Both the position numbers and the translations under genes were made by a program. The notes beneath the pieces were generated by a model that saw only the letters and a list, made by a program, of their open reading frames with translations, had not been told where the DNA came from and did not search any database. DNA of 64,000 nt from Iphione sp. A-MEVVRFRX5 (Eukaryota): NCBI GenBank assembly GCA_976226885.1, contig OZ320316.1, positions 75,144,001 to 75,208,000 of the forward strand, in the 5' to 3' direction. This document shows positions 24,801 through 39,800 of this stretch, in pieces; positions within the stretch are counted from its first letter, which is position 1, and the number at the start of each line of letters is the position of its first letter.

Positions 24801-27800
24801 CGCACAATCCGTCGATATAATTGAATCCAGGCGAAGGAGAACGCATTAGTCGGCAAGGCATCGCAGCGACAATGTCGTTTGGGTCAAGCTCGCGTCTCCT
24901 CAAGACGAGCCAACTCGACAGAATCTTGTTTATAATTCGGCAACCCTTCTCAGGCGCATCCATAATTGATGTGTACCTCCGACGCCTCCCCCAGCTCTAT
25001 CCAGCAGTTTTCCAGAACCGACCCGGCCGGATCCGACCCTCATCGGAGACACCTCCTCCTCCTTCTCTCACATCTCACCATCCATCGCTGTCGTACGTCA
25101 TCGGTACAGTGCCTACCACCTCTGCCGACGGCAAATGGTTTCAGTACCGGAAACACACTATTGACACCCACACTCGGCTGTCCCCGGATCGCTTCATGGC
25201 CCGAAAAATGAAAACCGAGCAGCAAGAAATAAATCGTCGTCCATGCCAACAATTGTAGACAAAGGCGCCGTGGAGCTGCTCTTGGAAAGAATGAGCTGCT
25301 TCCTCGCTAATGATTGCCGAGCGCGCCGATAAATTGGTTTTCTTTCGTTCCGACTCACGCAGTGGAGTCGTATAAGCAATCAGTAGGTCGCTCCTCCTGC
25401 ACTTTGCCTGCCACATGACACCGATGTCACCTGTGTAGATAATACATTTTGCTTTTAGGACTGGTAATAATTTTCCCCCATTTCCACAGTTAACATGCAT
25501 ACGTGCGTTAGTCATCAGAACGTGGACGTGGTTCGCATTGTGTAAGGTCCGGTACCTCGCAGCAACTTGACGTCGGGAAGGAATGGTTATTGGGCCGATA
25601 AATTCATCGGCGGCTGTCGCAAAAGGAGTCGAACTCACCTTGATGGATCTCCAGTACTTGGCTGTTACGGCGCAGCACCCTGATGCACTGGCGCGTAGTC
25701 TCACTGCAACAATAGTGAACGCAGGCAAGTTTATGGTGGCTGTTAAGGGGACGAACAAAGCAACAGCATCGATTATCGGGCTCTTTACTAAAGCAACCTT
25801 TAGTGGAGGCGTACGAGCCGTAGTATTGCCTCCCGTAGGATATCCACCCGCTACTAGGGCCTGCATAATGTTCCCTACAGAACATGGCAATCAAGAGCGG
25901 CCAGGCCGCAATGAAAGTAGCTGCTTAGTCTCCGTAACGCCGCGGGACAAGGAGAGAACATAATACTAGCCATCTATCATAAATTCAAATTTTCATGCCA
26001 CTAGTCTCATTACAGCTATGCCACAACTGAGATTTACGTCCCTGCATTCATAACCCGTATAATCCACTGTCTCCCCGACTTACCAGCCGTGAGAGGTGAG
26101 GGTGATGGCCACAAACTGGCGATCAGTAGTGTTCTCTTCGATCACCTGTAGACACCTGAAGGCTGCTTGTGTGTGCAGGCTTGAGGGAGTCCGCTCCTTA
26201 ATTAAACGCAACACTTCAGCTTTGGCATCCAGTTCGTACAAGTGACCACCAGACAGATCTTGCCATGTCACACCGGCCATCCACTCGGGAAAGGTGCACG
26301 ATTCTTGTGGCCAACCCTCCGTATCTAGAAAAAATAATACTTGCACTTCTAGTAAGTTGACGTATTCGTATTTATGAAACAAAAAATATTCCATTGTTAT
26401 TTGAAATCGATCGACACAGTAGTCACGATATTACGTATGGCTGCTACATAACACCTGTAACATTATATAATCTATTGGATCGTCAGGCAAAATAAACGTA
26501 TTTTTAAACGATAACGTCCAGAAGGCGACTAATATAGTTGCTTGGTACCTCGTTGAAAATGCAAGACTAACGGGCCGTCCCCAGGCGACCGGAGACCGCG
26601 ACAGCTGGCATCAGCCGACATTGCAAGGTTGAGGTCGGCCCCAAGGGTCTGGTACATCTACCATAAATACAAAAAGTTCAACTCTTTTGTTATCTTGTTA
26701 AACAGAGTCTCGTAGGCAATATTGCTTCAGAACACGATCGCCTTTCTTTTTCAATGGCCTTTTCAGCGTTGAAAGCCTTCGATCCTGTACAGATGGTGTC
26801 ACTTTGAAGAAATTGAACCATATGCGCAATTAATCCTTATGTAAATTAAAATTGTAAAATGAGAGGTTGATTCTGACTCGCGCGGTATGCGTTGTTCATC
26901 ATCGGTTTCGCGTAATCTGCGAGATGATACCGTTTATGAAGAAAAAGGTTTGATGGGAGTTTTTATCGACCGCCAATGCACTGAGGCGAAAGTTAAAAGA
27001 TCCAAAATAACATTGTCAGAGAGGAAATTAGTCCGTTAATTAGAAAAAAACACTGATGTCTTAAGATAACCTGCCAAGTTTATCACATCCAAATGGATTT
27101 GTAAAATATGCTTATGCCGGAAACCTGTTTAGGAACCAATGCTTTCATTGTTCTTTATGCAATCTTTGTCGTATCTAACAGTTTCTGCTCCTGCTAATTT
27201 TTGTTAAACACTCTCTTCATGAATACATAATATGTGAGTGTACTTACAAAGCATCTGTATCTGGCATCTCGTGTATGGATGCCTGGACCTGTAAAGCCTC
27301 CGTATATGTAGAATTCAGATCCATCTTTCCAGTGCGCTAGGCATTCGAACTTCATTTCTGGGGGGAAGAAAAGCACAATTCCAGAACATATAGAGATCGT
27401 TCTTGAAGCCGATCATCTACGTATTTCCTTCAGGAAAACATACAAATGCGTTTCAGTATCGATAGAGAAAGTTTCTTTCCTGGAAATTTTGGAAAAAATG
27501 ATTTTATCATCTATATCTACGGCCTACATTGAAAAGGTGCTACGGTACTGGATTAACAACTGATTTGGAACACTGTACATTGCCATTATAATATAGTCAG
27601 GTACACATTATAGCATAATGTTAAAACACGACGTGTCTACTCTTCCTTATACAGCTTTTTGAAAGGATGCAATTCGCTCCCAAATGATAGGTATAGTGAT
27701 AATAGGTATTAAAAATAAACACGTATGTACTTTGCAAAGGTTCTAATATGAAACAATAATCCCGTACATTAATTCATTTATCACTGGCAGGGCGGCTTAA

Positions 27801-30800
27801 ATACAATTAAAGCCGGATGAAGTTTTCTAAGAGTTCCTCTTCCATGAAGGAGTAGGACAACGATATTCGTCATCTGTTTTAATAATGTATCTAAGCGACG
27901 GGTGAGAAACTGATTTAAAATAAGTTCGAGGAGTGATTCCATCGAGATTCCAACACTTTCACCATTTAGTTTCGCCGTGACTATATTCAGAGCAGTCACA
28001 AGCCCAACTCTTCCAACCGGAGGCTGCCTTCTGTGAGTGTCTCCAGCCACAGTACCGGAAGCCGAGGAATGGCTGACGGGGACGCCCTAATTGGGTCACG
28101 TGACCTAGGTTCCGTGGCGTTGACTCGGGAAACGCATTAAAGGTGTGAAAGCCGGTCGCAGGGCCATGGCCCGGATTGAAAAGCCGGTCCAGTAGAGTCG
28201 GGGTTGATCCACGAGAAGGGAGGGCGTTACAGGACTGTAACTGACATTAGATTCAGATACAAGTGGCAGAGGCGAAAGAACGCCTCCAGTAGTATTGTTA
28301 CTGTGTGTTTCAAGTAGGTGGGCTTCACCGTGTCTATTGCTATTGGCAGGATTCTTAGGCAATGTCGGAAACATGGTGGGAACAAAAATATCTCATTTCT
28401 TGTATATTTTCTACCAATTCTTCTAAGGATGAGTTAGCCTTCCATTGTCCTTCCATATACGTCTTAGTGACAACTTGTCCACCACTATTGCGGTTTCCTC
28501 AAATTGGTCGGCCCGTTTTTATCATTCATACTTGAGAGTTAATGGCTAATGCACTTCCCTTGCTTTCGCCTGCTGATGTTTGAATGTGCTATTCCTCGAT
28601 ACCACACAATGCCACAGTATAATGGCGCCTGGTGCTGCGACCGTCACGGGCTGTCTCGGCTTGAGAATGAAGATGTGGTTTAAAAATTCCTCTCACACGC
28701 CTTCATGAGTTGTTCACCGAATACTGTAGGGGAAGGGCCTTATTGACTTTTTGCAAGCGCCTTTAATGACCCAACTAGATCTCAGAGCTGATTACATATG
28801 ACCTTAGAATGCACATCCCTGTGGAAGGAATGCTAATTTGGCTAGTTCCTTGCTGCAGCGGCGCTGTTCCTCTGATTAGTTTCATAGTTGGTAGGTCTAC
28901 GCACGACCTTTATCGAGGTAGTTTTATATGGACAACAAAAACTGCGTGTATCAATTATTCTACGAACAACAAAACTGAGAACAAAAGCTTTTCACTTTGT
29001 CAATCTGTTTATCCGGTTACAATAGTGAATCGAGATAAATTTTAAATGTAAGTGAAGTTTTACATCACTCGTTTCTACGAGTAATCCCGGAGCATTCTAG
29101 GTAACATTCCCCGCGCTCGGCTGGACCTAGAAGAGCTTCCTGACGCTTCAGGGTCGGCCAGAAGACAAATGCACTCACTTATTGCTTCACCAAACAGCCC
29201 AGCCGCGCCGACAAATAGCAAGGATTGCGATTGATGATTTGGAGGCGTGTGGGCGAAATTAGCAATGCTCTTTTGTGTGCGCCAGGGTGGTAGGCGTCGC
29301 AGTCAAGGCATTCTGACGAAACCGCTTCATCAGCTGACAGAGGTCTGACATTGGCTGGTGATAGCACTGACAAAGTCGGTGCTAGGAAATCCCGAAAAGG
29401 CGCTATAAGTCATAAACACTGGCATGTGAACAATCTGGAAGGAGGGTCCTTTTCATTTGCCCCGTCACACGCAAGTGAATTATCGGTAAAGTGACATGAG
29501 GTTAAAAAGGCGGTAGGATGAAAGACGAGGTTGATAAAGAGTCCTACACAGCAATCCCCGAGAAGGCAGTAAGGAGGTGCATCAGGCTCAGGGTGGAGCT
29601 GTTTGTGACATTTCTACTATTGGTTAACTCGAGGAGCTGCTCTACTCCAGCTCTCTACGAGACATTCCCACCGGCATGGCCACAGAGCGCTCTCGGAAGT
29701 AGATGATGAAGTATATTGCCAGGTCAATCTCCTGGTTGGTAGTATTGGGTGAGCTGCTCGAGTGGCTGGTCTAGAAGTTACGGATTAATGGCCTCAATTC
29801 TTGGGTCTGTGTGTTGGCTGAATGTCATCGATAGGAGGACTGCAATCGCCAGGAAGCACACACTCGTGATTTAACCCACTGTGTCCACCTTCATCACCAA
29901 TCTTTTTACTATAAATCCTACCTTCTCGGACCAGTATGTGATAATTTTTATATAGAGTGGCATATCTGTGAAGGAGGGCAGTAAAATTGATGGGCTCTAT
30001 GGGTAGATCGTACGTGAGCTGTAGGGGAAGTTGCCCGGCGGCAGGGCAATGGCTCCTGTGTGTAAATGCGACGAGAGGGAGCAACGCCATCAGCGAGGAT
30101 CTGGTCAGCCCATCCAGCAGCCACGTAAAGCAGGATATCACGGCACACACAGGCCATGGAACGCGGGCCGACCACCCCAACAAATTACGCACCCATTCTG
30201 GTGTCCAGCTGAGAGCATGGCCGCCGTGTGATGACCGCCGTCCATCACTTACACCTTCGGCTTCCTTTTGTCCTGGTAATGGCCCCTGAAAGTGCCCAGA
30301 ACCCTCCTGCTTTGCTCCCAAATTGCAGCGATGCAGATCTGCAAATGCTAGGGAACGAAACACGGAAATCAACTCAAGAATGTCCCCAAAGAGCTTTTCG
30401 AAACGTCCTATTATTGGTGCTTGAAACCAGCGACGCTATTTGGTTTTCCTCACTTTGGTTTCTTACAAGGTTCAGGCATTATTTTTCTCTGCTCTGAATT
30501 CGCTGACGTCACATTCCTAATAACATTGACTTAACGCAGCCAAAATGTCTTCGGAAATTTAAAACTAGTCACTTTAGCCAATAGAGAATTTTGAATGGCC
30601 GGCAGGCATTCATCCCAGCCATAGAGTCTTCCATTTGTCTGGCTCCATGATGAAACAAATGGAGAAGCACATGGTTTGTTTATAATACAATACGTCCATA
30701 CGCACAACTTAAATTCTAGTAATATTGCTGCATTCCAAAAATGCATATAAAATGTATTTTAGTTGGCATTATACCCGCAGGAGATTGCGCTCCATCCAGC

Positions 30801-33800
30801 ATATGTCTGACCACTCTCCCGATTTGCAGAAACTTCATTCGATCGCTTGTGGGGTACAAATTAAAACACATTGCTAGAGAATGGAGACTGTTGGAGAACT
30901 GTCATTTATCTCGGAACTTTAACAGTATGACGATTTGCTATTAAAACCATAAGTAATCTACACAGCGTATTTTCCATATGCATTCATATTTTCAAGCCTA
31001 GGTTCTGTTTGATATGGTCGCCGAAGATGACGTGCTCCTTAATATTTGATGTAGATGATACCATTCATTCGTCGGTAGTGCTTGATTATGGCTCATTTAC
31101 TGGCGAACATCGATACACCTGCTCCACACCATCGGGCCAAGCTCTATAGCAGTGAAAACTGCACACGAACGTAATTCGGAAGTTCTTTACCCAGATTCCT
31201 CGATGGATGCCTGGAGACTATTTCACCAGTTGCAGTAAATTACAAACAGTTTAGTTTGTGCGAATGTTTGTCGATCTTCTTCTAAAGAGAGTATTTCTCA
31301 CGAACACACAGTAGTGGTTGTCAATTTTTGCCCGTGCCATTTATTCATCAGTCATCGCAGAGAGAATACAATTATTCTTTTATTACCCGCCAGCAGGTGC
31401 GCAGTTATACGGACAATCAAATTTTATAGGAACACCGTTGCTCTCGACTGTCTGCCTGTTCGTTATCCAAACTAATTAACAAGCAAATTAACACCATTTC
31501 AACAGTTAGAAAATGGAACATTACGTGGAATAAACATCCACTCAGCGATGCACTACGTTTTTGCTCTTCGTGTGCAAGTCTCCATAACAACAATGAAATT
31601 ATCATCGCAATCCGACCAGAATAAAATTATTTATGGCCGCTACCCGCCGCATTCCAATAGACCCGTGTAGTCTGGTAACAGTAAAGTAACAGCCGTTGTT
31701 GATGGGGGAGACTTTTCACAACGGCCGATAGTTTAGTGTTGGGTACTGTGTTATTACTATATATAAAAAAAACTTGTTAGGATGGTGACTTATTGATCGG
31801 TAACCAATTAAGATACAAGTTAGTAGTCGTATCATTCTGAATTCAAAGTTTTATTTTCCCATGCTTATATTCTCTAATGGTCAAAGGGTGTAGATTTTGT
31901 TCGAGTATAATCTGAATTTTGTATTCCGTATATAACAAATAAAGATATGTATTTTCAAGCTTACCTCGTTCAAATGTCTCCGCAACGCCGGGACAATGGT
32001 GGAATTTGAAGTTGAACTTGGAGGCGCTTGCGCATGGCTGCACATACGAGAGTGGTTGGTCGCAAATGCCGGCCGTGTTGTTGTTGTAGCTGAAGTGATA
32101 GGCGCTTTGGAAAGGACACGGCACCGGCAAGCTTCCCTCTGGAAGGACATAATACAATCAACCATCTACTAAAAGATGATGAAAATGGTATCTGACAGGC
32201 CCCAGGAATAAAAGCTGCACTTCACGTGCTTCCATCAAGGAAAAAATGCCTAAGCTTGTAGTGTTACGTGTAAAGAGGCCGGCTTTTAACATGATGTTGG
32301 TGAAATTTACGTCATCGTTGACCATGAAGCGTGACAGTATTAAGCACTAAGCAGCTGACAGGTGCTTCAGGACAAAAACCAAATACATCCACTCATCAAG
32401 CGTTTTTTGCATTACAGGATTTTTCTAAGGCAATTGTTCATGCATTGCGGGAAAACACAGTGAATGTCTCAAGACAAGACGGTCTTAAACCTTTCCGTTC
32501 CTCTGAAGAATAACACAATTTGTACCGGTTTGAGGAAAATATTGTGCTTCTACATCCAGATACTGGTGATTTTAAAGGAACTTTTCAGTTATATGCAGAT
32601 ATTCATGTAGACTATGGTAGGAGTATATACCATCTTGTAGTGCGTTTATCTTATACCCTTACTTATATTGGGGATATTTTCTGATCTCCTTTAAGTCCCC
32701 TGGATAATTAACTAGAATCGCGCGTGGTGTTTGCCGATACAAGTGGATTATACTGTCTAGCGATGATACACGGCTTCTCCTGTCTTCTTTCGAGCAGGTC
32801 TTCTTTTGGACCTGATATTTTTCTTGTGCAGGAGCATTTATTCTATGCTTATCACGAATATACGATATAATGCCCTCTTCGCTGAATCACTGTTTACTAG
32901 TTGTATCAGGTCTTCCGTCTAGTCGACATGTATATGATAAATTTCTTATAGTGACAACGGTAATGCGTAGGCCAGGTGCTTAGATTAATTCAATTTTTAT
33001 TTTGCCCCTTCGTGGGTACATACGCGTAGGCCGCGATGATGAGTAGCGTCAGAACCGACTTTTGGCATGACAGTCCTCCCTAGGGCAGAATTGTAATGTA
33101 CGTGAGACAAATTTGTGGCCCAGCTGCTATATGGTGGACACGGGAAGGTGATGAAAAGCGCGCATAAAGCGCTCGCCTCGCACCCAGTGCTGCGGTCTGT
33201 TGAGGTATATAGCACGCATTTATCATTTCAGGCAGATATCAGCACGTCAGAAGCGAATATTTTTTGCTATTCTTCAGAAAAGCAAGCTTAAATTTACCTC
33301 TCTTTGGCGGCATCCAAGATGATGGAATCAGGACTTTTTAATGTAACCTATATAAGAGGTGTCCGCTGTTCGTTTTTTTTTTTCATATATCGACATTTAC
33401 ATATACATTATATACATTTATATATTCCAATAAGGAATGTTTGATGCTTGTGCGCACCAAACCGTTTAAATCCCATTAGCGTCCCATGTGGCAACGTCTC
33501 TACGAGGCTAAGGCCAAGAGGCGCCGAGGTGATCCCCGCTGATTCCAAGGGTCTGTAGCGGATGAATCGGAAATGTCCCACTTAGAGCTCGACATAGGGA
33601 AGGATAGCCGATGCCATCAATCTTGTGGTCAATCTAGCTGGAGGGTCACGAAACTGAAGCTCTCTCCCCCTAATCCACGGTCTGCGGTCGTCTTGGCCAG
33701 TGAAGGCTGGGGGCTCAGGAAGGGACCTAGGAAGGGTCCCCATCACCCCAGGGTCATCAAAGAATCAGCATCTGACTGATATATGGGTTTTAGCAATCTC

Positions 33801-36800
33801 GGGCTCGATATTAATACGGATCGGGATAGAGCGATATGGAAGAGAGGAAGGGGAGGGGGATTACGAGGCAGCGACTCTGGGAGCGAGTGAGAGCACAGTG
33901 ATGGTTGAGGCCACCTCCAAGGATGAAGCTAACAATATTCTGAACTTAGATGCGTCGCCGACCTTGCCTGAGGTGTAGTTCACAAGATCATGCTAATTTT
34001 ATTATCTCGTAAATCTTGCAGATCGTAAATCAGGCGGCTGTTACAGGTCGATGTGTATGTTGGCCTCAGGTAGAAAGCCCCCACCCACCCATCTACTAGT
34101 CCAAACTCTATTCGCCCCTCCCGCCCGGAGCACTAAGCCATCAGACCCTGCACATCCCCATGCTAACATTGCCCTCAACGGCAAATGACCCTCGAGCAAC
34201 TAAGCGTGGAGGACGGGAGGGGGGAGGAACCAGTGGTCCTTCATTACATACACCTGCGCTTCGGCTAATGCCCAGTGAGACCCAACCTATCCATATTCAT
34301 CAGCGTTATACTTAGGCAACATGCTGTAATGCGTTAACCTACCTCGGATCAGAGTAAATAGGACGTCTTCTACTCGAATTTGCTTACGGGCCATCTTCAC
34401 CGATCTCGTTCCCTTCACACAATATCCTGTAAAACAGAAAGAAGAATTGGATAACATTACTGAAAACAAAGCTACGTCTAAGACAATGATACAGCATTTT
34501 ACAACCAGATAGCTTTCTTTTATTGAAGAATTACTGCTCTAATACTTTCTAAGGTACCAGTTAGAAAATTTTAACAATTTAGAGTTTCCGCAAAGAGTTT
34601 AGGCGTTCTAAACTTTTTGTCGGCAAGGGTAAGGTGTTTCGTGCCTGGAAAATAGAGAGAAAATGAACCGGCGTACGGGAACAGAAGCCGTGTTAGGGAG
34701 GCGCCATCAAATTGATGCAGCAGCAGGCCCTCTCTCATCTACCTTATCTGGGACTGCTGCGAAGACACGCGAATTCCGAGCAGGGTAAGCATGCCATGCC
34801 TTAATTGGTGTCGTTTGTCTGTCGAGCTACGGCCAATGTGGATGTGACTTGTGGTCTGAGGATCCCACGGTCATGGCCTTGTTAGTTTTCATCCAACGAA
34901 GTATTCATGTCCTAGGTATGACCGCCTTGTTCTCTTGTCAGTACCTCCGTCTGGCACATATCAAGATAGCTGTTGTGAATCTAGCCAGTGAAAACCTGTC
35001 TCCTGATATTGCAGCTTTTCTCATAAATTTGTAGAGATTCGTCATTAGTGCGTCAATCGATCTATCTGATTAGGGAGTGTAATTCCTAATAAAGGACTTT
35101 GTAATCATTATTTACAGGCCATTTAAAAGTATTTGTACTATTACCAGAGGCTGCCTGTAATCAATAGAACTCAAATGTCGACAGCTTCTTAACACCAGCA
35201 TATGTGTGTAGTGGTCTGTACCTAGATTGCTGTCTACTCTGCAGGTTGATTATCTGTGTCGCACCTACAATGGATGTGTGATGTTGAATCAATAGACACG
35301 TAGTGCTGAGTCGTTCGTCTCAGGCTTCATTTCGACAGCAATGCTGCTCTTTGAGCTTCAGCAGTGTACCAGCTCTTAACAACCGGAAGGCTTTGCGTTG
35401 GCGAGGAGGTCACAATACCCAAGGGGAGGGGGGGGTCCAAAAGCGAAGTAAGATGTGAGGGATTTCGTGCCTGAGGAAAAGTCAGTGCTATGAGTACCAA
35501 GCCGTTCTGTCCCACTGGCCGGCGTAAGCAACGATCGAAGACTGGGGCTGATCATAATGTGTTGGATTGGCTATAAGTAGGCAATGAGGGCGTGTTGCAT
35601 ACGCAGAGAGAGCCACTTGTCCAATGACTGGGAGAAGACGCAAATACAATACAAATGTAACAAAACCAGAAGCTAACATATGGTTACCTACATAATTATG
35701 TATTTTGTAGAACTGCATTGGGGTATTGTGAATGGTATACAATCTACCTAAAATGTCTTAAATATGCATCCATACAAATATTTACAGTAATATGCTGTTC
35801 ACACTGGATTTGCTATGCGATCGGCATAAGGCACAACGTGTTTATGATTGTTAATATACATGAAATATTTCTAATATATATATATATATTCATGAATTTG
35901 AGTATGTCATTATATGAAGGTCCTGCTCGCCTAGAAAAATCTGCTTCCTCATACGAAAATAGCCTGGTAGTTCGTCATCTGGTGATGACGAATTCATACC
36001 CCCCCTCTTGGTAGTCAATGGTTCACCAATGCTTTGCAACAATCTCGTCGGTGTCATACATGCCCTGTCGGCGTGATGCGGGTCAGATGGTCCGGGTATC
36101 TTGCAGTTGACCGCCGGGTGACCACAGATTGGCCTGATCAGTCTTATTGATCCGTCCCGTGGTCAACGTATTCACCACCGGCGGTGCCAGCGGTCACGAC
36201 CAGGCGCCACTAGGCACCTTCTTCCCCCAAGCTCCACCCCAAACCCTATGGCTTCTTTGCCGTCCTTTTGTCGGGTGGCTTGCATTTGCATTTCCATTCA
36301 GATGGTAGGTCCCATTACTGCCTACCGCGCCCCCAGGTGACGTCTGGTCACCCCCTTCTACTAAAATGCCTCCCGTATCAATAATTCAGCCCGATAGCAA
36401 AGGTACTTCCCGTTCTGCTGACCTATATCTTCGTAGGGAAATGGCATACATCACCATACTCTGTATGTTCTGGCGAAGGGTATTCAACTCCACCTATTTG
36501 CCATAAAATTATATGACACTACCCATACGACTGTTCCTCTACTTTTAAGCAGAGCATTGGTCCAGTGGGAAACACATTGGGGAGGCATGTAGGGCTGTAA
36601 AAGAATCATATCACCACAGTCGAAATTCTGGTTCATATACATGCATATGAAGGAGATATGAGGCGAGGGCCACCTTTGTGGGTCGATAAAGAAGGCGTTC
36701 AGTCAATTTATTTATCAAAAAGTGCTCGAGGGCTGCTTTGTCGTGACCCACATCAAGTTGCTTGTGGCAGCCCATGGTTTTGACCTCTTGGCCGTGCTAC

Positions 36801-39800
36801 AGCTACGCCCAAATACCACCTAGGCCAGCCGTGCGTGCACGCTGTCCCGGGAGGCCCGTGTGTAAGTAGTATGGAAAATTGGCGGTTTGAGTGAGGTACT
36901 TCCGGGCTTCACACGGGCAATAGAGGCATGGGTCAGAGCTCGCCTGGCGGCTACGGTCGACACAAACGGGGCTCCCCATCTACCAAGCAGCAGGACATTA
37001 TTCAAATATTGATGACCACCCGACAGGCTGCCTCATTAGGCGTGCCATCACTGTGCGCCTACCCCAAGGGTTCTTAGCGTAATGAATAATATACCTGCGC
37101 TGCAAATAAACGACACACTTTTCCATCCATTCCCAGCGGTTTTCAAAAAGGCCTCGCCATAAGAAATATGTGCCTCTGGTCTCATTATTATTTTCCGTGC
37201 CCTTCCTCATGTGAAAAACGTTCACATGGGGGCAGTTCTGTAAGTGAGATCCTTTCCTCATTACACATTCTGAATGTCTACTTGTTGACCCTAGCGGACT
37301 CTTTCCACCACCACAGAGGTTTACCGCGTCGTTTTAGATGCACGTCACACGAAAAGGCGGTGGTATGTACAGCTCGGAGGGATGGCTTCTAAGAGGAGTA
37401 AAGCCGGCTAACGACTTCACTTGGAGAAGCTGCACGTACTGCTCTCTACCCTCCCTGGATGGTCGACTCGTCTCTGTCGCCCGAGTCATTGACACGTTCA
37501 CGTGAGACGTGTAGGCTGAGCCCGGAGTCAAACTGCCTACCTTTGAGGTGTCAACGAGGAAACTAACAGCTGGCACCTGAAATAAAGAGAGACGCGGCCA
37601 GGGAAGTGATCCTGTCGTAGCCTTTCTTAATAAGCAGACAATAACAATTGCAACAATGCCTGTCCTTTTCGGTAGACGACTTCATTATGCTTTTGTTAAC
37701 CCAACGCCAAGGATATTTATCTTGGCTACATCGACTGAAATCCAACCTTCCATGTTTAGTTCTCTTACTTTATCAAATACATGTCCAAACATACATGTGT
37801 CTGCACAAATAGAAGCCAACAGTGGCATCTGCACACACAGCCAGCTTGCATCCCACGGATAACCGTTGTGGGTCAAGGTGCCGGTCCCCAAGGAGTTGAG
37901 CCGCAGCCCAAGGGTATATTGATGTCGGGAGTTGATAAGCACACCGGGTGAAAAGGGTTAAGCAGACAAGCATCCCCGTATCCTAGTTATAATTGTAACA
38001 CAAGAGAGGTTAGATGAGACTTAATCCCTCTGTGTTTACAAACTACCCCTCCCAGTAATTAGTCATTTCTGAAGGGTTAAGTATTGCGTAGCTGGTTCAT
38101 GCCACAAGTCGTAATTCTATCGTTATGTACAGTCAGTGTTGCGATCGTTATTCCGATAAGTACATTCCGGTAAGTATGTACATGGTAGCACATTTTAGCA
38201 AAAAAAATGCCCTTCTTTTAGACGAGTACACTTCTCGCAGCGCAGTATTATCCGATTTGTTAATATTATTGTGGTTATGTTAGGGTTGACATGTCCAACC
38301 TCAATATAATAGAGCGATCTGCATGACATGATGCTTCACAGAGCCATAATATAGTAGAACAATTTATGTTAACATTTATGTCTAGCATTTCACATTGGCA
38401 ACATCGGCCGACGCATGGACCGCATCCAGCAGTACAATAACTACTAATGCAATATCTTGTCTGAACTCCAGTGCTTTGTGTATTCAAGCGTTTTGGTTTA
38501 CCTGATCCGTCTGGAGGGACGAATAAAGGCAGGCGAAAAGGCGGCCTGTCTTCCCTTAGCTGCTTTGAAAGTGGGAGAGAAGGAATGGTTGTAGCGGGGA
38601 TGTTGAAGGCGAGGTTGGTAGAACACCAGTACCCATAGCCATTCACAGAGGGCCGCCGGGCTCGATTCATCTCCAAGAGTGAACATTGTGGGACCTGATC
38701 TGTGGCCCGCTAGAAGGGGCCTTATACTGGCGACATCTCCTGCTAGCGCTTAACAATCTGCCGTCTCTTCCACCAGACTCTGCCCTCCACTACCCGAGTG
38801 CCTTTGTAACTACTACCGGGCGCCGATGCCCGCCGGGAGCGTCACTAAGCCGCGACTTTCCGCTGCCAATCGACCCTTAAATGCTGACAAGAAGCCTCCC
38901 TTTGTTGCGGAAGGCGCGCATGGTTTGCCCTGTCTTCTACATTGTCCACCTGAAGCTGGGCTATATCGTCGATGAGGACTATTCACTTACCTTCTGAAAC
39001 GTCGCGCCCTCTAGCTATTCTGTATCAGCTAAATCTCTTACTCCGATAGAATGCTCTTTTCTGCCAAGAATTTTGTGTAGAAGTTTTTGTGCAGATGAAG
39101 GAGGACTTTTTCATTATTCTTTAATTATGTAAATCGCCTCCATTATCCCTGTTTAAAACGTTAAATGTACCGAATTTACATGAAATTAGGCTGAAACTCT
39201 TTCTGAAAGCCATGCAAAGATGGAGACAGCATTGTCTGGTCTGTATGTCAGACATGAAATTCTCCCACCGTACGTTCTATCACAATGAAAGCAAATGTCA
39301 GCCAAAGTGAACAAAATGGAGCGTCTTTCATGGGACGGCTCGTTACTTAATGAACACTCGGCAAGCATCATCAGGTTGTGGAGGAAGCCTTACGGCTGTT
39401 AAGACTTCACCCTCTAGCCCACTGATCCCGTCGGCTTGGGCTCACAGTTTAAACGCACGTTAATAGCGTGACAATATGGCCGACACTAGGCCTCCCACTT
39501 ATTTATGATCCTCGTTGCCAGTTACGTTCACGAACCACGCACCATTTGAGATAATATATCGGTCTTTAAGATCCACCAATCTGTGAAATCTTTCCTTGGC
39601 GGCCAAAGGACGACACTGCAGTCCTCATACAAGCCTACTAAACTCACACGTAATTTCGAATAATGAACTAGAAAAAGAACTGTCAAGAACTGCACACCTC
39701 ACAGTAGGGACAGCAGGCAAATCATGTGACGGAAGGACACTTCCTAACAGAAATAAAACAAATATTTATACATTATTATATCAGTTATGTGTTATACATA

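Noticed and set aside
25141-25963. Overlapping 249-aa (-) and 126-aa (+) ORFs that look protein-like
   Set aside because: They span real exons B2 and B3a and their introns. The plus ORF is an in-register antisense frame with no recognisable motif or splice support.
33570-34000. VEATSKDEANNILNL resembling a gag-like ORF1 of I/Jockey elements
   Set aside because: The similarity is too weak and no zinc knuckle or ORF2 remnant follows.
35700-35760. IVYHSQYPNAVLQ segment resembling exon A2
   Set aside because: A stop codon follows with no in-phase donor, and the exon at 46374-46307 fits much better.
37696-37961. TTAA-CCC...GGG-TTAA suggesting a piggyBac MITE
   Set aside because: The inverted match does not extend beyond CCC.
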